From NCBI GenBank assembly GCA_033721795.1, contig JAWWAG010000001.1, positions 1-52,005 on the forward strand: a stretch of 52,005 bases of DNA, given 5' to 3'. Of this stretch, positions 27,283 to 36,433 are shown one piece after another; within the stretch, counting starts at the first letter, position 1; every line of letters starts with the position of its first letter. Made by a program: the position numbers and the translations under genes. The notes beneath the pieces were generated by a model. The model was not told the origin of the DNA. It saw nothing but the letters and a program-made list of their open reading frames with translations, and ran no database searches. This DNA comes from Methylophaga sp. GTDB lineage: Bacteria; Pseudomonadota; Gammaproteobacteria; Nitrosococcales; Methylophagaceae.

Positions 27283-29938
27283 AGCTGTCCAATGAGGTGC
27301 GCGTTAGCAGCTGTTTCAATTCCGGAATACAGGAACCGCAGTTACCGCCTGCCTGACAAGCAGCAGTGATTTGGTCGACGTTTTGCAGATTTTGTTCGCT
27401 GATAGCTGTACAGATAGTTTGTTCAGCAACGCCAAAACAGGCGCAGACCATCGGTCCCAAATCCGCCTGCACACCGGGTGCTTTACCCATTAGCAAACTC
27501 TGTCTTTGGCCCTTATCGAGTTGGCCGGCAGCAAATAACTGACTCAGCCAGCTACGATCCGGCAAATGATGATCTGGCCCGATAAATACGACTGACTGCA
27601 GCTGTTCATTGACCACTTTTGCGGCACGATAGCGACCGGCTTTTTTATCGGCAAACTCCAGCCACTCGCCATCCTGACCGACCACCGTTTGGGTCCAGTG
27701 TGAAGGCTTTAATAAAGCTTGTTCCCCAGCGAGTTCATAACGCCAGAATTGCTGACCTTTAACTTTAACCCAGTAACTGGTTTGCGCCAGATCCAGTGGC
27801 TGTCTGGATAAAATAAAACCATGCCATAAAGCTTTAAACGGACGAATGGCCACTGCCGTTTGTTTGGCCTGTGGCTGACCGGATATCGGGTCGGTAATCG
27901 GTGCGACCAGTGCATCGGCAATTGCATGCGCAGCAAACTGACCGTTCCAGTGAATCGGCACAAACACACTGCCCAGCCGCTGCCCTTCATTTAATTGCAC
28001 CCGACCAATTAAGTGACCATAGGGGCTTTCAACAACGGCCAACGATTTATCAGCACATTGCCAGCGCGCCGCGTCACGTGGATGCATCTCGATAATCGGT
28101 TCCGGAGTGTGATTACTCAACCGTGGCACCCGCCCTGTGCGGGTCATGGTATGCCACTGATCACGAATGCGACCGGTATTTAAAATCAACGGGTAATTTT
28201 CGGTATCCGACAACTGCGGTAATTGCGGTTTTACCGGTACCATCCGACTTTTGCCAGAGGGGGTATAAAACTGACCATCGGCAAATAAACGCGATGTGCC
28301 CTCAGATTTCTCAGCCGTTAAAGGCCACTGACGTGGTTGATAGTCGGCAAAAGCCGCATCAGATAAATCCGCCAGCAGGCTGATATCAAAATCACGACTG
28401 CCATTATTTTCAAAGCCTGACAGTGCTGCATGTTCGCGAAACACATCCAGCGATGAATTGAAGTCAAACGCATCGGCATAGCCCATCCGGACCGCAACAT
28501 CACGGATGATTTGCCAGTCGGCTTTGGCTTCACCTGGTGCGGGTAAAAATGCCCGCTGCCGGGAAATACGCCGTTCTGAATTGGTGACAGTGCCGTCTTT
28601 TTCGCCCCAGGCCAAAGCCGGCAACAACACATCGGCAATTTCAGTGCAATCGGTACGTGATTCACAATCACTGACAACGACAAATTCACAGTCTTTTAAT
28701 GCTTTTTTAACGGCATCGGCATCAGGCAGACTGACCACCGGATTAGTAGCAATGATCCATACCGCTTTGATTTTTCCGCTGGCAATATCGGCAAACATAT
28801 CAACCGCTTTGGCCCCAGCCGTATGGGTCAGCTTATCCGTACCCCAAAAACGCGACACCCGGTCATGGTGTTCAGGATTACCGATTTCCATATGGGCTGC
28901 CAGTTGATTGGCCAGACCGCCAACTTCTCGGCCTCCCATGGCATTAGGCTGGCCGGTCATCGAGAACGGCCCCATACCCGGTTGACCGATACGGCCGGTG
29001 GCTAAATGACAGTTAATAATGGCATTACATTTATCGGTGCCGCTGGCGGATTGGTTAATACCCTGTGAAAATACCGTAACGACTTTCTGTGTTTTGGCGA
29101 ACAACTGGAAAAATTCAGCGACATCGGTTTCACTGAGCTCACAGACTGCCGCTGTTTTGGGAATGCTGCCGGTAGTCTCTTTCGCTGCCTGCAGCGTTGC
29201 GGCAAAGCCTTCTACATGCTGCTCGATATAAAGCCAGTCGAGCGCATCGCTATCTTTTAAATAATTAAGCAAGCCGTTAAACAAAAAAGCATCACTACCC
29301 GGTTTTACGGATAAAAAAAGATCGGCAATATCGCAGGTAGCCGTTTTACGGGGATCGATAACCACGACCTTCATGTTCGGCCGTGCTTCTTTGGCAGCAG
29401 TGATACGCTGAAATAACACCGGATGACACCAGGCCAGATTGGAACCTGCCAATATCAATAAGTCACATTTTTCCAGGTCTTCGTAGTTACATGGCACCGC
29501 ATCGCTACCAAAAGCACGTTTGTGCGCGGCCACCGCCGATGACATGCACAACCTTGAATTGGTGTCGATATTGCCACTGCCAATAAAGCCTTTCATCAAT
29601 TTATTGGCGGTGTAGTAATCCTCAGTCAGGATTTGTCCGGAGACATAAATTGCCAACGCATCCGGACCATGTTCATCAATGACCCGCTGAAACTCACCGG
29701 CCACTTTGTCCAATGCTGCATCCCAGCTGACCCGCTGACCCGCTATGTGCGGATACAACAGACGATCTTCGAGGCCCAGCGTATCCCCTAGCGCCGACCC
29801 TTTTGAGCACAGGCGACCGAAATTGGCCGGATGCGCCGGGTCACCGGCGATGCTGATCGTACCGTCAGATTCTGGCGTCGCTAAAACACCGCAGCCGACA
29901 CCACAATAAGGGCAAGTTGTTTGGGTGGTTGTAGCCAA
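27281..29938 (-). CDS. nasA: Assimilatory nitrate reductase catalytic subunit (Mo-bisPGD)
   Basis: CPYCGVGC...LCSKG [4Fe-4S]; NSRLCMSS; GQPNAMGGRE; TGRIRDQWHTMTRTG; C-terminal BFD-like CAC/CGSC; TTG start after AAGGAG. Confidence 0.93.
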   Translation of the reverse strand: MATTTQTTCPYCGVGCGVLATPESDGTISIAGDPAHPANFGRLCSKGSALGDTLGLEDRLLYPHIAGQRVSWDAALDKVAGEFQRVIDEHGPDALAIYVSGQILTEDYYTANKLMKGFIGSGNIDTNSRLCMSSAVAAHKRAFGSDAVPCNYEDLEKCDLLILAGSNLAWCHPVLFQRITAAKEARPNMKVVVIDPRKTATCDIADLFLSVKPGSDAFLFNGLLNYLKDSDALDWLYIEQHVEGFAATLQAAKETTGSIPKTAAVCELSETDVAEFFQLFAKTQKVVTVFSQGINQSASGTDKCNAIINCHLATGRIGQPGMGPFSMTGQPNAMGGREVGGLANQLAAHMEIGNPEHHDRVSRFWGTDKLTHTAGAKAVDMFADIASGKIKAVWIIATNPVVSLPDADAVKKALKDCEFVVVSDCESRTDCTEIADVLLPALAWGEKDGTVTNSERRISRQRAFLPAPGEAKADWQIIRDVAVRMGYADAFDFNSSLDVFREHAALSGFENNGSRDFDISLLADLSDAAFADYQPRQWPLTAEKSEGTSRLFADGQFYTPSGKSRMVPVKPQLPQLSDTENYPLILNTGRIRDQWHTMTRTGRVPRLSNHTPEPIIEMHPRDAARWQCADKSLAVVESPYGHLIGRVQLNEGQRLGSVFVPIHWNGQFAAHAIADALVAPITDPISGQPQAKQTAVAIRPFKALWHGFILSRQPLDLAQTSYWVKVKGQQFWRYELAGEQALLKPSHWTQTVVGQDGEWLEFADKKAGRYRAAKVVNEQLQSVVFIGPDHHLPDRSWLSQLFAAGQLDKGQRQSLLMGKAPGVQADLGPMVCACFGVAEQTICTAISEQNLQNVDQITAACQAGGNCGSCIPELKQLLTRTSLDS

Positions 29939-29949
29939 AATCAGCTCCT

Positions 29950-30261
29950 TTACAAGGCGATAAACACCACACCGTCTTCCACCTTCGTGGCAAAACTGCG
30001 GGTACAACCTTCATCGGGGCCGGTGGCCTTGCCACTGCCTAAATCAATGACCCAGTTATGCAATGGGCAGGCCACCCGTTTATCGTAAACAATCCCCTGC
30101 GATAAAGGGCCTTTTTTATGCGGGCACTGATCAAATAAGGCAAACACCTCATCACTGCTGGTCCGGAATACGGCGACATCACCATCTTTGCTATTTAAAA
30201 CGCGGGCACCTTTTTGTGGAATATCTGCCAAGGGGCCTACTTGAGTCCAATTTGTTTCCAT
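29950..30261 (-). CDS. nirD: Nitrite reductase small (Rieske) subunit
   Basis: CPHKKGPLSQG and CPLHNW Rieske motifs; coupled to nirB. Confidence 0.93.
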   Translation of the reverse strand: METNWTQVGPLADIPQKGARVLNSKDGDVAVFRTSSDEVFALFDQCPHKKGPLSQGIVYDKRVACPLHNWVIDLGSGKATGPDEGCTRSFATKVEDGVVFIAL

Positions 30262-32693
30262 TAACCTACCTGCTTAATCGGGATATATTTTTGTGGCTGT
30301 TTGGCGACTTCTTCAGCCCAGGGATCATTCTGGGCGTTTTTCTGTGACTCATAAAAACGCTGTGCCAAAGCCTTGCGATTGGCCTCATCATCTACCACCA
30401 GCGCTTGCACATGTTTCAAACCAACCCGCTCAATCCATGGTGCTGTCCGTTCCAGATAATGGCCTTCTTCACGATAGAGCTGCATGTAAGCTGCAATGTA
30501 TTCCATCGCCTCTTCTTCAGTGGCCACTTTGCACAGGAAGTCAGTGGCACGCACCTTGATACCGCCATTGCCACCCACGTGTAGCTCATAACCTGAATCG
30601 ACGCACACGACGCCAATATCTTTAATCGTCGCTTCAGCACAGTTACGCGGACAACCTGATACGGCGATCTTGAACTTATGCGGCGTCCAACTGCCCCAAG
30701 CCATTTTTTCGACCTTGATACCGAGACCGGTTGAATCCTGGGTGCCAAAACGGCACCATTCACTGCCGACACAGGTTTTAACGGTCCGTAATGACTTGCC
30801 ATAAGCATGACCAGAAACAAAACCGGCTTCGCTGAGATCTGCCCACATTTTGGGCAAATCGTCTTTTTTAATTCCCAGTAAATCAATGCGCTGACCACCG
30901 GTAATTTTTACTGTTGGCACGTTATATTTATCAGAAATATCTGCAATGGCCCGCAGCTCACGGGGGTTGGTAACGCCGCCCCAAATCCGTGGTACCACCG
31001 AATAAGTACCGTCTTTTTGAATATTGGCATGTACCCGTTCGTTGATAAACCGCGATTGCTGATCATCGACGTATTCATTAGGCCAGGTGCTCAGCAAATA
31101 ATAATTCAGTGCCGGCCGGCAGCTGTGACAGCCATCCGGATTTTGCCATTCCAGTACCTGCATCACTTCGGGAATGGTCTTTAACTGTTGTTCGGTGATG
31201 GCTGTTTTAACCTCGTTATGACTCATACCGGTGCAGCCACACATCGCTTTTTTGCTCGGCGTATCGTTAAAGTCACTGCCAAGTGTTGCGGCCAACAGCT
31301 GTTCAACCAGACCGGTACAGGAACCGCAGGAAGCCGACGCTTTGGTATGGGCCTTCACTTCATCAAGGGTAAACAAATTATGTTTGCCGATAGCATTGAC
31401 GATATCGCCTTTGCAAACACCATTACAGCCGCAGATTTCGGCTTCGTCCGGCAATGCATCGACTGCATTGCTTGCACCATAACCCGAGTCACCTAAATGA
31501 TGCTGCCCAAACAGCATGTTTTCACGAATGCTCGACACGTCAGTGCCATCGCGCATCAGCTGAAAATACCAGGCACCATCAGTCGTATCGCCATATAAAA
31601 CGGCACCTATAAGCTGATTGTCTTTGACCACCAGTTTTTTATATACGTGACGTGCAGCATCCTTGAATACCAGATCTTCACTGTCTTCATCCCCAATAAA
31701 ATCACCAGCCGAGAATAAATCAATACCGGTCACTTTAAGCTTGGTTGAGGTGACGCTGCTCATGTAACGGGCAATGCCCATCTGTGCTAAATGGTTGGCA
31801 CAAACCTTGGCTTGTTCAAATAACGGTGCGACCAATCCGAAAGTGGTACCACGATGCTGAACACATTCACCCACCGCATAGACCCGCGGATCAAATGTCT
31901 GCATGGTATCGTCAACCACAATACCACGCTCACAGTGAATACCGGCTGATTGTGCCAATGTGGCATTGGGCCGGATACCGACCGCCATTACTACGATATC
32001 CGCATCTACAGCACTGCCGTCTTTAAAGGTCAGTCTTTCAACCCGATCTTTACCTTCAATTGCGGCAGATTCATGTTGCATCAGAAACTTCAGACCTTTG
32101 CCTTTCAACTCGTCCAGCATCAGGTCGGAAGCCGTTTTATCAAGCTGCATGTTCATCAGCGTGTCGCTGATATGGACAACGGTGACATCCATACCCTGAA
32201 TCATTAGCCCATTGGCCGCTTCAAGGCCCAGCAAACCACCGCCAATGACCACGGCTTTTTTATGCGTTTTGGCGGTATCAATCATCGTGTCGACATCGGC
32301 AATATCACGAAAACTGATAACACCCGGTAAATCCGCGCCCGGCAAAGGCAGCATGAACGGTTTGGAGCCTGTCGCCAGTAACAGCCGGTCATATTCAACA
32401 ACCAGACCGTCGTCTGTCATCACCCGGCGTTTCAGCCGGTCAATCCTGGTAACCCGCTGACCACTGTATAACGTGACATCATTGTCTTTATACCATTGCA
32501 GATCATTGATCATAATGTCATTTATGGTTTTCTCACCGGCCAATACCGGCGACAACATAATCCGGTTATAGTTACCATATGGCTCATCACCAAACACACT
32601 GATCTGGTATTTGTCGGGAGCGAGCTTTAACAGTTCTTCCAGCGTTCGCATACCCGCCATGCCATTACCTATCAGCACCAGTTTTTCTTTCAT
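30261..32693 (-). CDS. nirB: NAD(P)H-dependent sirohaem nitrite reductase large subunit
   Basis: GNGMAG (FAD), GGGLLGLE (NAD), BFD-like Cys pairs, KTCVGSEWCRFG, SGCPRNCAE; ATG at 32693 after GGAG. Confidence 0.95.
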   Translation of the reverse strand: MKEKLVLIGNGMAGMRTLEELLKLAPDKYQISVFGDEPYGNYNRIMLSPVLAGEKTINDIMINDLQWYKDNDVTLYSGQRVTRIDRLKRRVMTDDGLVVEYDRLLLATGSKPFMLPLPGADLPGVISFRDIADVDTMIDTAKTHKKAVVIGGGLLGLEAANGLMIQGMDVTVVHISDTLMNMQLDKTASDLMLDELKGKGLKFLMQHESAAIEGKDRVERLTFKDGSAVDADIVVMAVGIRPNATLAQSAGIHCERGIVVDDTMQTFDPRVYAVGECVQHRGTTFGLVAPLFEQAKVCANHLAQMGIARYMSSVTSTKLKVTGIDLFSAGDFIGDEDSEDLVFKDAARHVYKKLVVKDNQLIGAVLYGDTTDGAWYFQLMRDGTDVSSIRENMLFGQHHLGDSGYGASNAVDALPDEAEICGCNGVCKGDIVNAIGKHNLFTLDEVKAHTKASASCGSCTGLVEQLLAATLGSDFNDTPSKKAMCGCTGMSHNEVKTAITEQQLKTIPEVMQVLEWQNPDGCHSCRPALNYYLLSTWPNEYVDDQQSRFINERVHANIQKDGTYSVVPRIWGGVTNPRELRAIADISDKYNVPTVKITGGQRIDLLGIKKDDLPKMWADLSEAGFVSGHAYGKSLRTVKTCVGSEWCRFGTQDSTGLGIKVEKMAWGSWTPHKFKIAVSGCPRNCAEATIKDIGVVCVDSGYELHVGGNGGIKVRATDFLCKVATEEEAMEYIAAYMQLYREEGHYLERTAPWIERVGLKHVQALVVDDEANRKALAQRFYESQKNAQNDPWAEEVAKQPQKYIPIKQVG

Positions 32694-32724
32694 GCTTATC
32701 TCCAGCGTTATCTGATGGAGACAG

Positions 32725-32839
32725 TGCAGACATTGTGCCAAACGCTATATGACTGATTTTATTGTTTTTTAATTTTTAACAGGTAACCAGGATATTTATT
32801 TAAGATGCATTTTGGTGCATGGCGCACAAAATTGGTGAA
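32725..32839 (-). promoter_or_regulatory. Sigma54 promoter with NtrC sites (nirBD-nasA)
   Basis: TTGGCACAATGTCTGCA (32725-32741); NtrC-like sites at 32803-32819 and CGCACAAAATTGGTGAA (32823-32839). Confidence 0.85.
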
Positions 32840-32856
32840 GCGCGTTATCAATGCAC

Positions 32857-32885
32857 AAAAAAAACCGTCCTCGTATGGAGGACGG
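32857..32885 (-). terminator. Intrinsic terminator after the marR-lipoprotein operon
   Basis: CCGTCCTC-N5-GAGGACGG followed by T8 on the minus strand. Confidence 0.88.
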
Positions 32886-32911
32886 CTTTGTCGGATCTGA
32901 ACGCGTTTAAT

Positions 32912-33367
32912 TTATGGCGCCATATTCCAGATATGTGATGCCAGCTGCCATTCGCCATCAACATTTTTTTGCAAAACGGTCATCAATATACCCTGATAAG
33001 TCACCGTTTCACCGGCTTCATTCTCAACATCGGCAGACCAGTTAGCCAACTGACTGATTTGACCTTCAGATGTGTAACTGGCGATAGAGGTGATTTGATG
33101 GTTATGCAGGCCATTGTCGAAAAAGCTCTGGAATAAACCGGCGATCTGTTCGCGGCCCGCCAGTACTTTGCCATCACCGGCAGATAAGGTCGCCTGCTCA
33201 ATATACATGTTGCTCAACGCCTCAATATCCTGGCTGTTAAATGCTTCATTCCAGCGGGTATAGGCATCATCAATAATTGCATTGGCATCGACTGCCGATT
33301 TGTCTCCGCAAGCTGCTAAAGCTGCAACCATCGTGGCAGCTGTTAACCATTTCGCTAATTTTTTCAT
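32912..33367 (-). CDS. Lipoprotein with NTF2/SnoaL-like (DUF4440/YybH) domain
   Basis: Lipobox LAAC; WNEAFNSQD...Y; GREQI; DGEWQL. Confidence 0.8.
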   Translation of the reverse strand: MKKLAKWLTAATMVAALAACGDKSAVDANAIIDDAYTRWNEAFNSQDIEALSNMYIEQATLSAGDGKVLAGREQIAGLFQSFFDNGLHNHQITSIASYTSEGQISQLANWSADVENEAGETVTYQGILMTVLQKNVDGEWQLASHIWNMAP

Positions 33368-33384
33368 GAAACTCTCCGTTGGGT

Positions 33385-33891
33385 TTAGTTATAAAAAAGC
33401 TGACGTTGCTGGTGCAATGTCGTCAATGCATCCATCATGTTTTCAAGACTATTGTTATCGAGTGACGCCATCATGGCTGCGACCCGCTGATAATAGCCGG
33501 GCATCACGGCATCCAGTTTAGCCTCTCCGGCGGTTGTTAATTTGATTTCTATCATGCGGCGATCACCAACCGCATGTTCACGGCTGATTAACTGCTCTTT
33601 TAATAAGCCATCGAGCAAGCCGGTCATTGTTGCCCGCGACACACCGGACTGGTCGGCGAGCTGTGACGGTGTCGCGCGTTTATCAGGCTCACGCATTAGT
33701 AAGATGAGTACCCACCATCGCCCCTGTAACAGATCATAGTCGGCAAGATAGTGATTCAATGCCAGAGATAGATCGGTACCGACCTGTAATATTTTTAAAA
33801 ATGTCAGCACCGCCGCCACATTTGCCTGAGGATAACGCTCGGCAAAACGGCTGACAATTTCTTCATCAGGCAAGTCTTTAAGCTGCAACAT
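33385..33891 (-). CDS. MarR family transcriptional regulator
   Basis: TPSQLADQSGVSRATMTGLLDGL; DRR; LTTAG. Confidence 0.92.
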   Translation of the reverse strand: MLQLKDLPDEEIVSRFAERYPQANVAAVLTFLKILQVGTDLSLALNHYLADYDLLQGRWWVLILLMREPDKRATPSQLADQSGVSRATMTGLLDGLLKEQLISREHAVGDRRMIEIKLTTAGEAKLDAVMPGYYQRVAAMMASLDNNSLENMMDALTTLHQQRQLFYN

Positions 33892-33901
33892 AATAAGCCT
33901 C

Positions 33902-33929
33902 GTTATAATTAGCTAGCTAACCATGTCAA
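33902..33929 (-). promoter_or_regulatory. marR sigma70 promoter with palindromic operator
   Basis: TTGACA-N16-TATAAC on the minus strand; perfect palindrome TTAGCTAGCTAA (33909-33920) in the spacer. Confidence 0.65.
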
Positions 33930-33992
33930 TCGAAGTTTTCTACCCCTTTTAACAATCTGTTATGCTGAAATTTTAAAAATATTGAGATCCGC

Positions 33993-35405
33993 ATGGCAAA
34001 TCAGGCTGCCCGATTGGGCCAGCAGCTCAAACAGCACTGGCAACAATTTCAACACCAAAGTGAAAACCTGCTGAACCGGGCATTCGACCGCCACTTAAAA
34101 ATTGGTATCAGCGGGTTTAGTGGCAGTGGTAAATCAACTTTTTTAACCAGCCTGATTCATCAAATGAAATATTCTCATCATGCTGGATTGGGTGGTTTTT
34201 TACCGGCCCGTGATGGCCGCTTATTGGCGGTTGAATTAGAACCCATTCCCGGTTTTCCCTTATTTGATTATCGGGGAGGCATTGAAGCGCTGGCATCTGA
34301 GCCCCCCCGCTGGCCAAACGCTACCCGGCAAATTAGTGGTGCCCGGTTACAGATCCGGTTTAAACAAAAAACCATGTGGTCCGGCATGCTCGGTGAACAG
34401 CGGCAAATGACACTTGATTTCCGTGACTATCCGGGGGAATGGCTGGTGGATTTGCCGATGTTATCGCTGAATTACCGTGACTGGTGTCTCGATACCGGCC
34501 GTTTGCTGCAACAAGCCCCGCGTGCTGATATTGATCCTGCTTTACTGGCCGACTTAAAAGCATTGGATCCGCTGGCAGGCACTGACAGTGCGGTGATTAA
34601 GGCTTTTTTTAATCGATATCAACAATTTTTACGCTTATGCAAACAGCAAGGATTAACACTACTGCAACCGGGCCGGGCACTGCTTGATGACAGCGAGCCG
34701 TTACCTGCTGTTTTACCATTACTCAACTTGCAGGCATACAGCCCGGCACAGTTGCAAAACGCATCTGCCGACTCACTATACCGGCAATTGCATAACCACT
34801 ATCAGCAGTATTTAAAACGTTTGGTTAAGCCGTTTTATCAGCATTTTTTTTCTGGCATTGACCGACAGATCATGCTGATTGATGTCGTCAAAGCATTGAG
34901 TAATGGCAAAGCCTGTTTCGACGATATGTTGATGGCTTACAGCCGGATTATTGACAGCTACCAAATTGGCAGCAGCCATCGTCTACTGGATCTGCTGTCA
35001 CCCAAAGTCGATAAAATCCTGTTTCTGGCCTCAAAACCTGATCGCATTGTCATGCACCAGCATGAGGCCATGCGGCAGTTAATGGATGACATTATCAGCC
35101 GGATCACACCGCAATCGGTACGAAACCAAATTCAGATTGAAACTGAAATTGCCGCAGCCGTTCGCAGCAGCAGTGATCATCAGGATTTTTTGACCGCAAC
35201 GCTTCATGATGGCCGTTATGGTGAATTAAGACATCCGCCCATTCCGCCAGCCATTCCCGATGAACAACAGTGGCAACAACTCACCCGTTGGCAACCTCAT
35301 GAATTACAGCCGCCGCTAAATCCGGACTTAATTATGGGGGGACGGCTGGCACATATTCGTATGGATAAAGTGTTGCGTGATTTGATTGGAGACAAATTTC
35401 AGTGA
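33993..35405 (+). CDS. ycjX: YcjX family P-loop NTPase
   Basis: GFSGSGKSTFLTSL, DYPGEWL, LLQPGR, DRQIMLID, HIRMDKVL. Confidence 0.88.
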   Translation: MANQAARLGQQLKQHWQQFQHQSENLLNRAFDRHLKIGISGFSGSGKSTFLTSLIHQMKYSHHAGLGGFLPARDGRLLAVELEPIPGFPLFDYRGGIEALASEPPRWPNATRQISGARLQIRFKQKTMWSGMLGEQRQMTLDFRDYPGEWLVDLPMLSLNYRDWCLDTGRLLQQAPRADIDPALLADLKALDPLAGTDSAVIKAFFNRYQQFLRLCKQQGLTLLQPGRALLDDSEPLPAVLPLLNLQAYSPAQLQNASADSLYRQLHNHYQQYLKRLVKPFYQHFFSGIDRQIMLIDVVKALSNGKACFDDMLMAYSRIIDSYQIGSSHRLLDLLSPKVDKILFLASKPDRIVMHQHEAMRQLMDDIISRITPQSVRNQIQIETEIAAAVRSSSDHQDFLTATLHDGRYGELRHPPIPPAIPDEQQWQQLTRWQPHELQPPLNPDLIMGGRLAHIRMDKVLRDLIGDKFQ

Positions 35406-36433
35406 GCGAACAAGATCCCTATTTCAAAAGCAAGCCGCAACAAACCGAGACGCCCCCACCCCTGCCACCGGAGACATTTTTTACAGCCCTTGATGGTTTA
35501 CCGGCCAGCCTGCCTGATTCTGTTGAGGATGGATTTGTTGTCGATATCAGCCAGCCTGACAAAAGCCGTCACCGTGGTTTAAAAGCCTGGTTTTTCAGCT
35601 TTTTGACCGTATTCATGGTATGGATCGGATATGACGGGTGGCTGTTAATGCAACAGCTATTAACTGACACCCCATGGCTTGCCGGTGTTTTTGCAATGTT
35701 GTTAGTGATTTTACTGGTGCTAACCACTCAGCAATTATGGCTTGGCTGGCGCAGCCGGCGACGAATGCAACGTGTCGAATTTTTAAGAGATGCAGCCGTT
35801 CAGATGCGCCATGAACAAAGTCGGGGCCGTTCAGCAGACTGGTTACAACAACTCGGCAAACTCTATGCTGACAGCCAGCATAGCGCTGCACTTACCTCCG
35901 TGACAGATCAATTACCGGATTATTTACATGATGGTGAAGTGGTCGAACAAATTGATGAACATTTTTTTAAGCAACTGGATCAACAAGCACTGCAATTGAT
36001 TCAGCGTGACAGCGTTCATAGCGCCGTATTGGTCGCCGTCAGCCAGCTGGCTATTGTCGATACTTTATGGGTGATCTGGAAAACGCTGAAAATGGTTAAC
36101 CAAATTCATCTGCATTATGGTGTCAAACTGGGTCCGATTGCCCAGTGGCGGCTGAATCTACGAGTATGTAAAGTGGCCTTTTTGTCTTACAGTACACAGG
36201 CCGGTTTAACGCTGATGGCCGAAAAAACCAGCCTTGGTCTCAGTGGCAAAATTGCTGGCAGTGTCGCTCAGGGGATTGGTGTCGGTTTGTATCAGGCACG
36301 AATTGGTATCAGTGCCATGCAACAAATTCGTCCAGTACCTTTTGCTGAAGGCACGTTGCCGAAAAATCGCTTCCTCAGCAATATTGCCAAAAGTTGTTTG
36401 AGTAAAATACGCGGTCAGTCAGCAGTCGATTGA
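35402..36433 (+). CDS. ycjF: YcjF family (DUF697/TIGR01620) membrane protein
   Basis: GTGA overlap with ycjX; TM segments; VAVSQLAIVD; AQGIGVGLYQARIG; RPVPF. Confidence 0.85.
   Translation: MSEQDPYFKSKPQQTETPPPLPPETFFTALDGLPASLPDSVEDGFVVDISQPDKSRHRGLKAWFFSFLTVFMVWIGYDGWLLMQQLLTDTPWLAGVFAMLLVILLVLTTQQLWLGWRSRRRMQRVEFLRDAAVQMRHEQSRGRSADWLQQLGKLYADSQHSAALTSVTDQLPDYLHDGEVVEQIDEHFFKQLDQQALQLIQRDSVHSAVLVAVSQLAIVDTLWVIWKTLKMVNQIHLHYGVKLGPIAQWRLNLRVCKVAFLSYSTQAGLTLMAEKTSLGLSGKIAGSVAQGIGVGLYQARIGISAMQQIRPVPFAEGTLPKNRFLSNIAKSCLSKIRGQSAVD

Noticed and set aside
32700-32722. TCTCCA/TGGAGA hairpin sequestering the nirB RBS
   Set aside because: The 5' arm lies upstream of the predicted sigma54 start site, so it would not be transcribed from that promoter
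32694-32741. Longer N-termini in the ORF track for nirB (also nasA, porin, cheB, MetOD1)
   Set aside because: The extensions overlap promoters, leaders or upstream genes; downstream starts have better RBSs or match family N-termini
33929-33950. Sigma32 promoter for ycjXF
   Set aside because: The GAA and CCCC elements are too close together for the consensus spacing
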